Part shown: positions 1 to 9,982 of the stretch, piece after piece
How positions within the stretch are numbered: the first letter of the stretch is position 1
How the letters are laid out: the number at the start of each line of letters is the position of its first letter
NCBI GenBank assembly: GCA_018985225.1
Contig: JADGIF010000001.1
Coordinates: 30,001-62,000, forward strand
Direction of reading: 5' to 3'
Origin: Amoeboradix gromovi X-113
Taxonomy: Eukaryota > Fungi > Sanchytriomycota
DNA length: 32,000 nucleotides
Translations under genes and position numbers: made by a program
The notes under the pieces: generated by a model
The model's database searches: none
What the model saw: the letters and a program-made list of their open reading frames with translations, nothing else
Told to the model about the DNA's origin: nothing

Positions 1-127
1 ATAAAGCTCCTCACTGGTGTGATAATAGCTTTTTGGTACTTGTCGCATATGTGTAGATGATTCAATATTGACGCCCTAATGCAATGGCTGCAGACTAATA
101 ATTAATTTTTCAAAATTTAAAACATTT

Positions 128-727
128 GAGACATCAAATATAAAAACTGGACTAACTTTCTGTAACAACTTGGAACATTATTTCAGCTTTATTAATTTTA
201 TGGATTTAAGAGGCGAGTGGACATTCAGCTAGTTGTGGAGTTGACGATTATAAAAGGAAAATAAATAACTTTTTGTATCGAAATTTGAAAAATAAATATT
301 CTGTACAGCTATTCTCTTACTCTTTCATCCAATCTTTATTTCAAATAAACCTCTGATTCATAGTACTAATTCATAGTACTAAGTTGTTGGAACAGTTAAA
401 ACGAAATTGAAATTCAACAAGACAAGAGTCAAGGAGACTGTCCATAGATTACACTTCAAACAAATAGATAAGAGTAATGATGTTAGTATAACATTACAAA
501 ATGACTCTAGAAAAAAGTACCGTCTAAGAAAATGCACCTTTTGCTTAGATGCTCAAAGACCTCATATATTTGAACGAGATGCAGGGTCTTCTAGTTATAT
601 TTTGAAAAGAGGAATACAATCAATGAAAGAAAATTGGTACAATAGAAGATCTTTTATTAATGATAGCATTTCCTCCGTATGGTGCACCTTTAAAAACGAA
701 TTAGTCTGGTTTTATATTTGTTGTCCC
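128..727 (+). mobile_element. Non-autonomous TIR element (copy A, 600 bp) carrying a Fanzor/TnpB-like C-terminal remnant
   Basis: Left TIR 128-155 GAGACATCAAATATAAAAACTGGACTAA. Right TIR 701-727 has reverse complement GGGACAACAAATATAAAACCAGACTAA. Internal frame (ORF 407-745) encodes YRLRKCTFC...FERDAGSSSYILKRG (CxxC + RD). Homologous to 13899-14348 and 19158-19456. Confidence 0.85.
356..381. repeat. 13-bp tandem duplication ATTCATAGTACTA x2 inside copy A
   Basis: Read directly at 356-368 and 369-381. Confidence 0.9.
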
Positions 728-844
728 ATATATAATGCTTGTTAAATTAATTCATTAACTTTTGCGCTCAAAGCTTGGGGCCAGTTTGTGTTGCTTGCCA
801 TAAGTAGTTTGTCTGGAATAAGCTAGAGACTAAACTATATTTAG

Positions 845-2771
845 ATGCTGGTTCCATTATTCGGTCAGGTGGCTTTTATGTCAACTCCAAACTCCGATTT
901 AGAAAAAGGAATTCTTCCAAATGGTATAGCAAATCCCTCTGAGGACATTCGGGTATCACGATCTTCATCTACTATGCTGAATGAAGAGAAAGTGGACGCT
1001 GTGAAAGGCAGAAAGAGTCACAAAAAGCATTTCATTCTTTGGTACCACAAGCATTCAAACATTCTACTAATATTAACGTTTTTATTGGCTCCTGGATTGT
1101 ATGTTCTATTTACTGGATTCAACGAGAGCAATTCAACTGATGGGATAGACGTTATAACATGGACAATAGCCATTTCCATTAGTTTCGGAAGCTATTTGAT
1201 TGTATTCTATCTCTTCAGATTTTTTGTAAGGTTTGCCAGAGATAATCTGATAAGGTCGGAAGACTATAACAGGGTTGCCAGAATCCAAAATTTAATGCCC
1301 TACATAAAAGGTGTGATACTATCGTTTTGCGCATTCCTTGTTTTTACCTTTTACATTCAGCCAAAATCCATAAACAAGGACTCCATTGTTCAAAAAATTC
1401 TCTTGGGAGTATTTATAAGCGTCGTCATAATTTGCGCCCACAAATGGTCAATGATTGAGTTTTCTGCCTCATATAAAAAAATTCTTTATGGCGACAGACT
1501 AAAATCTGTGAATGCTAACACAACAGCCATAACGTATCTGCTGGAAGTGCAGCATGATAGAATAGAAGCAACAAGAAAACTGGAGCAAAATCTAAATCGT
1601 CAGTCCAGAAACAGAAAAGGAAGTGGTCAAGGAATTGTAGACACAATTAAGGAAGTACACATGAGAACGAAAACGTGGAAAGATTCATTAAGTGGGTCCA
1701 AGTCCAACACTATATCTTTTAAAGACTCGCCCATTCACACCCCTGCTTTTGCAATCAGTCCTACTAGACAAGTATACCCTGTGATGAAGAATAAACTGAA
1801 ATTCAAATCTGCAGAAGAAGCAAGAAAGGTTGCACTTGCTCTTTTTGACTATCTAAAGAAACCTTCAAGAGATTACTTGATCCCAGAAGATTTGTTCTTA
1901 TTAATTGAAAATAAGGAAAAAATAGATTCCATATTTAAAGTGTTCGATGTGAACGGAGACGGTAGCATAACTCGAAGAGAACTCCGGCAGAGGTTTGTGC
2001 TAATATATGAAGAGTTCTGGAGGCTTAATAGCTCCATGTCTACAGCAGATTACGCATTAAGGCAGCTAGACACGATCACATTAATAATAGTTCTAGTAAT
2101 CATCTGCTTCAGCTGGCTGATAGTTTTTAATTATAACATACAAAGTTTACTTATTATAATGTCTTCTACGGTCTTGGGGTACGTATTTGTGATCGGAAAT
2201 TCGGCTAAAAACCTTTTCGAGTGTTTGGTATTTGTATTTATCACACAGTATATGTTTCTAATGTAGCCCTTACGATTGTGGTGATAGAGTTTTAATTGAG
2301 GAAGACAGCTACTTTGTTAAAGACATATTTATCTTGACTACAGTGTTTACCAAGGGCGATGGCACTATAACTTATATACCAAACAGCTGGCTATCACAGA
2401 GGCCTATATTTAACTTTAGAAGATCTCAAAACATGTGGGACTGCGTCTCAATTGTTGTCTTGTACTCGATTGATGATCGATTGCTACAGCAGCTTTGCGA
2501 AAAAATGGATCAGTACTTCAGAGGAAATACTGTAGATTTTACTGGACCCAATGGAATTGATTATGCTAATATACTTGACAATCATAGAATAGATTTAAAA
2601 TTTTGGTATGAATGTAGAGGAAATTGGCAAAATACTGGTCTAAAGGGACAGAGACGCATGAGGGCTTTCAATAGAATTCGTGAGGTTGCTAAAGAACTAG
2701 GAATAACATATACACCATTGGCCCAGAACTTCAATGTACTAAAGCCACCGACATTTGATTTTGGTAAATAA
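845..2771 (+). CDS. MscS-family mechanosensitive channel with EF-hand (Msy1/Msy2-like); exons 845-2247, 2267-2771
   Basis: Multiple TM helices, EF-hand DVNGDGSITRRE. Splicing restores the MscS motif FVFITHPYDCGDRVLI, followed by YIPNSWLSQRPIFNFRRS. Confidence 0.9.
2248..2266 (+). other. 19-nt spliceosomal intron
   Basis: GTATATGTTTCTAATGTAG; removal joins two ORFs in frame and rebuilds HPYDxGD. Confidence 0.92.
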
Positions 2772-2797
2772 ACTTGTTTTATTTGAAATCTTACCCC

Positions 2798-3718
2798 ATG
2801 GAATTTTGTGTCTCTGTAGTTGAAGAGTCACTGTTTTGTGAGCCAAGTTTTTCAGAAATATGCATAGGAGAAGATCTCTCAACAGGAATAACAAGGTATG
2901 TGTTCAAAAAGGGCCACGTTACCGGTTGTGTTGATATATTTGAGAGCGGATACATTGTATTTGAAAACAATAAGTGGATTTTCCATTCTTCGCTAAATTC
3001 GTCTTTTGCTTTTAAAAAAGTTAAGAGGATCATTACTCGCGTCTTCACAGTTAGTTCAGCAGATAAGTATACATTTTACTTACCTTATAATTATGCGGAT
3101 TTGCCAAATGTGTATGCATTAGAACTATTGCAGCCTGAATTGCCATCTATACACAAGAGCAGAAAAAAAAGAAAAGTTGAGTGTTGGTTTTGTATGTCAT
3201 CTGCGCATTTTGACAAATCATTGGTAACTCAAGTTTTGAACCACTTCTATATCACTGCAGCAAAAGGCCCGATGTCAATTTCACACGGCTTGATAATTCC
3301 AATAGAGCATATTGCAGTTGATCAAATGGATAGTAATTGTAGACTAGAATTAACACTGTTGTTGAAACATATCGAATCTTACTTTAAAGCTTCAAATCTA
3401 ACCTTTATATTTTGGATCTCCAAAAAGGTATTACAGGCTGATAAGCTACACGATATTATAAGCTTTATGGGTCTTGAGCACGAATTGTTTAATAAGCTTC
3501 CTAAATTGCAACTCGATGAATTTAAAATAGACTTTGAAAGAGACAAAACAGAGTGCTTTTTTATTGATAAAAATACCTTGCACACCATAAGGAATTTCAG
3601 ATATCTTGATTTTGTATTTCATTCAGCCGGAGTCCCGATGGACTGGAAAGACAGAAGAGATGAGAAATCACAAAGGGAATGTATAGAGTTTATAAGTAAA
3701 ATACCGCATCTTTATTAA
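2798..3718 (+). CDS. CWF19L1: CWF19-like (CwfJ domain) protein, CWF19L1/Drn1 type, short N-terminus
   Basis: CWFCMSS...HFYITAAKGP...HGLIIPIEH and C-terminal DWK motif; first ATG at 2798. Confidence 0.75.
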   Translation: MEFCVSVVEESLFCEPSFSEICIGEDLSTGITRYVFKKGHVTGCVDIFESGYIVFENNKWIFHSSLNSSFAFKKVKRIITRVFTVSSADKYTFYLPYNYADLPNVYALELLQPELPSIHKSRKKRKVECWFCMSSAHFDKSLVTQVLNHFYITAAKGPMSISHGLIIPIEHIAVDQMDSNCRLELTLLLKHIESYFKASNLTFIFWISKKVLQADKLHDIISFMGLEHELFNKLPKLQLDEFKIDFERDKTECFFIDKNTLHTIRNFRYLDFVFHSAGVPMDWKDRRDEKSQRECIEFISKIPHLY

Positions 3719-3941
3719 TAGCATCAGCCTTAATTCCTGTAATTAGCTTGGCCAATTCAGATGGCTTTGACAGTAGATCCTCATTTTGGGTGGTACCTTT
3801 AACGTCTGATGAAAATAAATTTGTTATGTTATCTAATTTCATTCTAGTATCCTCCAACGACTTTTGCGGTATGTTTAGCTGATCAAAATCAATAATTTGG
3901 ACTTTATCGTTGTTTATCTTCTTCTTTAGTTTGAAAGACAT
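3690..3941 (-). CDS. Hypothetical protein, 83 aa
   Basis: ATG-initiated ORF that fills the gap between two genes; no motif recognised. Confidence 0.5.
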   Translation of the reverse strand: MSFKLKKKINNDKVQIIDFDQLNIPQKSLEDTRMKLDNITNLFSSDVKGTTQNEDLLSKPSELAKLITGIKADAINKDAVFYL

Positions 3942-3958
3942 CTATAAATCCGTGTTTT

Positions 3959-4684
3959 ATGAAATTGAGGACAATCCAAAGGATATTGGGAAAACTTGGA
4001 AATGAGAATAAGAGCGAAAAGTTTAGTTATATACAATCAATATATGTTAATAACAAATGGCCAATCGAATTTAAAAACGCAAAGGACCATATAAAAGAAT
4101 TGGAATCAAATGGCTTGTACAAGTGCAGCGCGATATGCAGATATTATAGTGCAGATGTTACGGAAAAAGCCGAGCTAATAGATTCGGCTTACAGGCTCAA
4201 AGCTTTGGACGATCAGGACTTGCAAGAGAGTTTGAAATACTTGGTAGAAAATGAGAAGGAAAATAAGTATTGCAGCTATGTCATTGGAAGTATGCTGATA
4301 AATAAACACGAGGAAAAAGGTCTTGGAAGACTAAAGTTTGCCATGGATGAAGTAGAGCATGCCAGAGATTTATACTGTCAAGTATTAATAAAACGCAAAA
4401 AGCATAAGGAAGTACTGGAATTACTAACAGCTTTGCCGAAACTGACAGCAAAAGACAAGTTTTGGATACACTTGGCAGAAAAAGACAAATTAAAATCTAT
4501 TGCTGCACTTGTTGAGTCGGCAGAACTTGGATTAAGAGATGCTCAGTACAATTTAGGATGTGCTTATCTCGATGATCAACTAAATGGTGGTATACCAGAA
4601 GCACAATCCTGGTTTTACCTAGCAGCATTCCAAGGGCATCCTAATGCAATAAAAAATTTGGAAAAGTTTATGCAAAAAACCTAG
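3959..4684 (+). CDS. Sel1-repeat protein
   Basis: SAELGLRDAQYNLGCAY...EAQSWFYLAAFQGHPNA matches the Sel1 consensus. Confidence 0.75.
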   Translation: MKLRTIQRILGKLGNENKSEKFSYIQSIYVNNKWPIEFKNAKDHIKELESNGLYKCSAICRYYSADVTEKAELIDSAYRLKALDDQDLQESLKYLVENEKENKYCSYVIGSMLINKHEEKGLGRLKFAMDEVEHARDLYCQVLIKRKKHKEVLELLTALPKLTAKDKFWIHLAEKDKLKSIAALVESAELGLRDAQYNLGCAYLDDQLNGGIPEAQSWFYLAAFQGHPNAIKNLEKFMQKT

Positions 4685-5037
4685 TTTTGTAAGCACCTAA
4701 GATGGACTCTATGAATTACAGGCAGGTATTAATAAAGAAATTTTACTTGAAAATCAATTTCAATGTTTTGAAGAGAAAACCCAGCTTGGTGACGGCCTAA
4801 TGTATGTGATTGAGCATTTAACAACTGTTTATTTATAAGTTGTCTTAGCCTTGAAAATTGAGTGGGTGTTTTACAAAAATTTATTTAATTGTTTTGAATA
4901 ATCGAGTGATAAAGCTTCTAGCCAGTATTGAGATATTCCGGATATTGGGGAATATGTGTCTGCTGCTTGATAATGCAATTAGTGCCTATCAGTTGTCTAA
5001 AAATCATAACGTTTAATTGAAACAAGGAAGTATTTGC

Positions 5038-5613
5038 ATGAACAACTTGCGTAAATCCGTGTTAACAAAAGCCTTGGAATTTGTCCCACAGCATGGATTT
5101 ACAGCGACTAGCATTGAGATGGCTTTGCAGCACAAGAATCTATCAGTGGGGTTTATTGGTAGCGTTCAGCCTATAGATTTAGTGGACTATTCCCAGACAG
5201 AATTGTTGTCCAGGATTGAAGCTAGCAATGATTCTGACCTGTATTGTAATCTAAGTCGCCGGTTTAAAAGTAGGAACAACATTATGAAGAACTATGCTGC
5301 ACACTGGGTTGGTGCAACTGTCGAACTTTCAAAATATCCGGTGGTTGCATCTCATATCTTACAGCAGCAATGCCATGATCTGCTCTACAACTCCGGTGAT
5401 AAAAGCGTTGATGTGAATTGGTATCTTCGGTACGGTTTATTGTCCAATATGATTGTCACTAGCGATTTGTATTTGAGTCAAGACGAAAGTTTAAACTTTA
5501 CCGCAAACGACAAATTTGTGGACGAGATACTAGATGGTTTTAAAAGAGCTGATTTGAATAGTATGAAGATTGCTTATAAACTTGAAATGATGTTTTCTTC
5601 AATTTTAAAATAA
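5038..5613 (+). CDS. COQ9: Ubiquinone biosynthesis protein COQ9
   Basis: ALEFVPQHGFT, GDKSVDVNWY, LYLSQDES motifs. Confidence 0.85.
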   Translation: MNNLRKSVLTKALEFVPQHGFTATSIEMALQHKNLSVGFIGSVQPIDLVDYSQTELLSRIEASNDSDLYCNLSRRFKSRNNIMKNYAAHWVGATVELSKYPVVASHILQQQCHDLLYNSGDKSVDVNWYLRYGLLSNMIVTSDLYLSQDESLNFTANDKFVDEILDGFKRADLNSMKIAYKLEMMFSSILK

Positions 5614-5619
5614 GACTGT

Positions 5620-6585
5620 TTACTTTAGAAACTGAATCATCTCTTCAATAAACAGATTGGTATCTACTAAAAAGCTGTCGTGCCCTAGCTCTGATTCTAT
5701 CGCAAAATGTTTTGATTTGTGGTTTGTGCAATGATTTTGAATGGCTTCTACATGGTGAGGAGGGAATAAAATATCCGTGGAAAAACTTATTGACAAAGTA
5801 GGCACTAATATATCACCTTTCAACTTAAACCTATCCATGTTTTCCAATAGTTTCAAATAGTCTTTCTTTTTAAACCGAGTGTTGAACTTTTGAGCCTGGT
5901 AATGTAAATATGACCAAGAAGCAAATGCATGAGGATGTGGATCTTCTAGATAATCTGCGCTTGGAGTTTTTAATACAGCATCGACATGATCTACACAGGT
6001 ATCCAAATCCTCTTTGCAGCTGGTATCAACTTGGCCATTCATTGCATACAAGCGATTGTCACAAATATTATTATCGAACTTGTCAAATGATTGCGGAGAT
6101 CTATAAGAGAGCATTGCAATCATCCTAGCTAGAGCCATGCCATTCGGTAAAAAAAGTGCTTGACGCTGGCATTCGTTCCAGCAGAGCAGCCAATCTGTAG
6201 CTTTCGCGGCAGTAGACAAGCAGACACAGTTCTCGACTATACTAGGATATTTTTGCGCAAAATCAAGTGCATAGAAGCCGCCTAAACTGCCACCAATAAC
6301 TGATTTCAGTAAATAAACATTTAATTTTTTCAAGGCTCTATAAATTATTTCGTTCTCTTCTGAAATAGAAAATTCAGAAAATTCAGAGTGATAAGGACTA
6401 GATGGGATAGTAAAACAGATACAGCAAAACCTCCTATATAGCTTGTTAATACTCCACCATTCATTAGCATTACAGTGACCTGTTAAAGCGTGAAATAGGA
6501 GTATATAAGGCTTTTTACCATCAATTGGCAATGAAGACCAATAATTCAGATGTATCGTTTTGTTTTTAAAGCAGATCGAAATCAT
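5620..6585 (-). CDS. MET2: Homoserine O-acetyltransferase family
   Basis: HALTG, GGSLGG nucleophile elbow, ARMIAMLSYRS, SYLHYQA, TDILFP, GHDSFL. Confidence 0.88.
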   Translation of the reverse strand: MISICFKNKTIHLNYWSSLPIDGKKPYILLFHALTGHCNANEWWSINKLYRRFCCICFTIPSSPYHSEFSEFSISEENEIIYRALKKLNVYLLKSVIGGSLGGFYALDFAQKYPSIVENCVCLSTAAKATDWLLCWNECQRQALFLPNGMALARMIAMLSYRSPQSFDKFDNNICDNRLYAMNGQVDTSCKEDLDTCVDHVDAVLKTPSADYLEDPHPHAFASWSYLHYQAQKFNTRFKKKDYLKLLENMDRFKLKGDILVPTLSISFSTDILFPPHHVEAIQNHCTNHKSKHFAIESELGHDSFLVDTNLFIEEMIQFLK

Positions 6586-6730
6586 GTGTTTCAAATTGAC
6601 TTTTCAACGGCTCTAATCCTTGTCATAAAAATCGCAGTTAGATGCCTACCAAACATTGTAAATCAAATAGATTTCTGATTTTGCACACTTCAAACCCGAT
6701 TTTTATAATGTTTTAAAACTCAGGTTTCAC

Positions 6731-7711
6731 ATGCTGACCACTCCGGCTCTTTTGAGAAGAGATACCAACAGCTACCTGAATGTTATTGTTGACACCTTGT
6801 TTTTACATACTTTAGTGTACATGGCGTTGTTATATATTCACGTATCATATAAGCAGACAGCATCATTTTACGTTTTGTTGCTCTGGCCCATGCTAACATT
6901 TCTTTCTTTAATTAACTATGTTATTCCTGTGCTAGAAATGGTGATTCCATCCCTCTTTTTTGCCTACAACTTCTCAGTTGTTTGTGCTGGCGTGTTTACA
7001 TGGAATATGGTTGATTTTAAATCCAAAAGTCTGTTTCGTAAGATATTTCATCTCATGTGCTTATTCCTCTACCTCTTTGATTATTACTACTTCGACTACT
7101 TTATTTTATCCTTGACTATTGTGTTTTACATTATGTTAATCTTAGAGTTCACCCGCTTTGGGTCCCTGCACTTGCCAAACAACAGCCATTTGTCATCTTT
7201 TAAAAGGCATTCTATACTTTTATCTAATTATTTATCCCATATTCTGTACGCCCACGAACAACAGACTTTAATCACATCGCATATAGAACTGCTAATCGGG
7301 TGTAGCCTCGGCTACTATATAGAGTACGTGTTCTTTTACCCTGTTAGATATCCATTAGCACACGCGGGCTTATCATGCATTGGGGTTGGTGACAGTATGG
7401 CAAGTTGGGTTGGCCAGTATAGCTTTAAAATAGCTTCTTTACACCTTGATTCAAAGAAACTGGAGAAATTAAGATGGCCTGGGTCCAATAAGACTATTTT
7501 AGGAAGTGCCGCATTCTTTGCAAGCAGTTTTATTTTTATAAAAATAATTACTCAGAATCAAGCAGGAGAAGGAAACGAAGAAATTGAATGGAAATTGTAC
7601 ACATTTTCGCTGTTTATTGCCACTTTAAGTGAGATATATACGGTTCACGACAACATTATATCCCCAGTGATGTTTTATATCACATATCACGCTATTAATG
7701 GCTATAAGTAA
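6731..7711 (+). CDS. SEC59: Dolichol kinase
   Basis: RKIFH, SHIELLIGC, GVGDSMAS, RWPGSNKTILGS, DNII; polytopic membrane protein. Confidence 0.88.
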   Translation: MLTTPALLRRDTNSYLNVIVDTLFLHTLVYMALLYIHVSYKQTASFYVLLLWPMLTFLSLINYVIPVLEMVIPSLFFAYNFSVVCAGVFTWNMVDFKSKSLFRKIFHLMCLFLYLFDYYYFDYFILSLTIVFYIMLILEFTRFGSLHLPNNSHLSSFKRHSILLSNYLSHILYAHEQQTLITSHIELLIGCSLGYYIEYVFFYPVRYPLAHAGLSCIGVGDSMASWVGQYSFKIASLHLDSKKLEKLRWPGSNKTILGSAAFFASSFIFIKIITQNQAGEGNEEIEWKLYTFSLFIATLSEIYTVHDNIISPVMFYITYHAINGYK

Positions 7712-8082
7712 GCAGGTGTCTGCTCTGTACAATGATCCATGCCTGACAACTGCATAACACTAAGAGTTATCGTAAATACAGGTTCATGATTTTCAACTTT
7801 TATAGAATCTAGAGGCTCCTGAGCAATCCAATTACCCGGCAAAGAGTAGGATGAGAGGTGATTATATTGAAACACTCTATTGTTTCTTTTTAAAACCTCT
7901 GCAATACTAATAACTTTATTAATTGCCTTACCTGATGCTGAAAGCCTAATTTGTTGGTGGGTGCTTAAATATTTTTGTGCTTTTTCAATTACAGCTTTCA
8001 TTTTAGAGCCTCGATGAACAGTTAAGAAATCGGAAGCTTTAGAATCAGACGTTGATTTGTTGCTGTTACAGTTGGAATGCAT
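7702..8082 (-). CDS. Alba-domain RNase P/MRP subunit, Rpp25-like
   Basis: GSKMKAVI, SGKAINKVISIAEVLKR, LDSIKVENHEPVFTITLS. Confidence 0.75.
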   Translation of the reverse strand: MHSNCNSNKSTSDSKASDFLTVHRGSKMKAVIEKAQKYLSTHQQIRLSASGKAINKVISIAEVLKRNNRVFQYNHLSSYSLPGNWIAQEPLDSIKVENHEPVFTITLSVMQLSGMDHCTEQTPAYL

Positions 8083-8126
8083 GTCAAACTTGGAGTTTAA
8101 AATCCAATTAAATTCAAAAAATAAAT

Positions 8127-8681
8127 TTATTCTAGTAATCCTTGCGCTCTATCTGCAGCCACTTGTGCATTATTCAACTCCATCAGTAGTCTACCAGGGT
8201 CGATCTCCATCAATCCTGGAATCAAAGTACCAAGAAACGACAAAACAACATTATAAATTGAAGCAAGTTGAGTAGTTGGTTGACGATCATGCACAACTAT
8301 GTGAAAATTCATATGAGCAAAATAGCCAATAAAACCCAAGGCAAAACAAAATGCAACTTGCTCCATTGATTCCATAAAGATCATTAGCAAAAAAATTAAT
8401 CTAATTCCAAATGATAAGAAATGCCGATTGTTTTGCGGATTCTGCTCAAGTGGATCAATCGGAGTGTTGCTAGGTCGCTCTGGAACTGGTTTCGAATAAT
8501 TTTTAGGAATGACTACAATCGTATCAGTTGTATATAAAATGTCGTCATCTCTTAAGACCACACCATCTCTAATCCAAATGCCTTCTGAATTAACATTTTT
8601 CTTTTTTAGCATGGAGATGCACGCGTTAATGGTACCTCTGAAATCCATTTCGAAGAATGAAGAAAATATGAAAATTTTCAT
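8127..8681 (-). CDS. Ubiquitin-like domain membrane protein, HERP/Usa1-like (ERAD)
   Basis: UBL-like IRDGVVLRDDDIL, two TM segments, SFLGTLIPG resembling the HERP C-terminal FFxSLxP motif. Confidence 0.55.
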   Translation of the reverse strand: MKIFIFSSFFEMDFRGTINACISMLKKKNVNSEGIWIRDGVVLRDDDILYTTDTIVVIPKNYSKPVPERPSNTPIDPLEQNPQNNRHFLSFGIRLIFLLMIFMESMEQVAFCFALGFIGYFAHMNFHIVVHDRQPTTQLASIYNVVLSFLGTLIPGLMEIDPGRLLMELNNAQVAADRAQGLLE

Positions 8682-8774
8682 TCTGGTTTCAGATTTAATG
8701 GCTGCTGTTTTTACTATGAGCAATCTTTTCCATAGCCTTAGATAGTTTGTTTTTTCATCTCCTTTTTCAAACTC

Positions 8775-9974
8775 ATGTTGAAGAGTTTGAAAATAGGGCT
8801 CGTCAACACTTGCGGAGTAGTAACATTTAAAAAAGAACCAAAGAGGGCGTCAAATTTATTTATGCTAGTGTTTTTCATAATGGACTCCTCTATAGACAAG
8901 GGTATCATGGTTCTATATTTCGACAAATTTGAGAACATGCCGAAATTAAAAAATGGTGACATTGTATACCTGGAAGGGTATTTTCAAAGACATGGTGATA
9001 AAACGCAAATCAAGGCTTCGAGGTTACTAGTACATCCTTTTGTTGAAGAGGAATTGAAAAGCCTGAGTATAATTTCAGAATTACTTTCATTTTCAAAAAC
9101 GCTGTCAAATAGGATTGAAGTTACCCTGCTAAGCGACTTCACTCCTGGTAACTGTTATGGTGCCATAGTGCAAATCAAATTTATTGATTTTGTGGCTAAA
9201 AACAGAGTTTTTCTGAAGTGTACAGACTACTCTCAAAATTCAAAGCTACTTTCTTTCAAGTTTGATTTCGATGATATAAAGCTTCCATTACTAAACTGTG
9301 TTTGTTGGGATGAGATGGCGAACATGGCCAAGGATCTTAACATAAATGACTTTGTTAGGTTTTCCGCAGTCAAGACCAAATTGGACGCTTGTGGATATAT
9401 TGAAGCAGCTGCTAGAGCTCACAAAAACTCGATAGAAAAGATTAAACCGGATGATTCTCTTGTGCAGCTACTTTTGCAGCGTAAGTCAAATTGGCTGGAG
9501 AACTCATACCCTTATATCTTTTATACAAAAATAGACGAAATTAGGTTACTAGCAAATGTTAAATGCTCTGGCTATTATAGAGTGGAAGTTAACTTTTTTG
9601 ACTATTTTCCAAAGTATTTGCTCTCTGCAGTTTATTGTTACTGCCAAACTTGTCAAAAGTGGTCTAATCTCGATTTTAGCTTCGGTTGTCAGAGATGCAA
9701 TAACAATGGAGCCGATGAAATTAGATATACATACCAATACGAATTTATTGTGATGCAGCAGAATGAATTCTACCATCTTGAATTAAGCTACGATTATGCG
9801 AATTTATTCTTCGGGTATATACCGGAAGCATCGTCCAACGGAATTTCACCAGATCCTGGTATACTTCTATCTGAGTTTAGAGACTTAAAAAAGGCTATGG
9901 TCTTGGGCATTTATTTTGACTCAGATAGTCGAAAAATTAAAATTGTAGACACAATTTGTTTTAGGCATAAGTAA
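8775..9974 (+). CDS. POT1: Telomere end-binding protein POT1
   Basis: VNTCGVV...IMDSS...MPKLKNGDIV (OB1), CTDYSQN (OB2), C-terminal DYFP and CxxC...CxxC. Confidence 0.82.
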   Translation: MLKSLKIGLVNTCGVVTFKKEPKRASNLFMLVFFIMDSSIDKGIMVLYFDKFENMPKLKNGDIVYLEGYFQRHGDKTQIKASRLLVHPFVEEELKSLSIISELLSFSKTLSNRIEVTLLSDFTPGNCYGAIVQIKFIDFVAKNRVFLKCTDYSQNSKLLSFKFDFDDIKLPLLNCVCWDEMANMAKDLNINDFVRFSAVKTKLDACGYIEAAARAHKNSIEKIKPDDSLVQLLLQRKSNWLENSYPYIFYTKIDEIRLLANVKCSGYYRVEVNFFDYFPKYLLSAVYCYCQTCQKWSNLDFSFGCQRCNNNGADEIRYTYQYEFIVMQQNEFYHLELSYDYANLFFGYIPEASSNGISPDPGILLSEFRDLKKAMVLGIYFDSDSRKIKIVDTICFRHK

Positions 9975-9982
9975 ATGGTTTT

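Noticed and set aside
407-745. 112-aa ORF as a functional host gene
   Set aside because: TTG start, lies inside element A and runs through its TIR; it is a nuclease fragment.
728-785. Faint similarity between right flanks of copies A and C (TTAAATTA...)
   Set aside because: Short AT-rich match, absent from B; likely chance.
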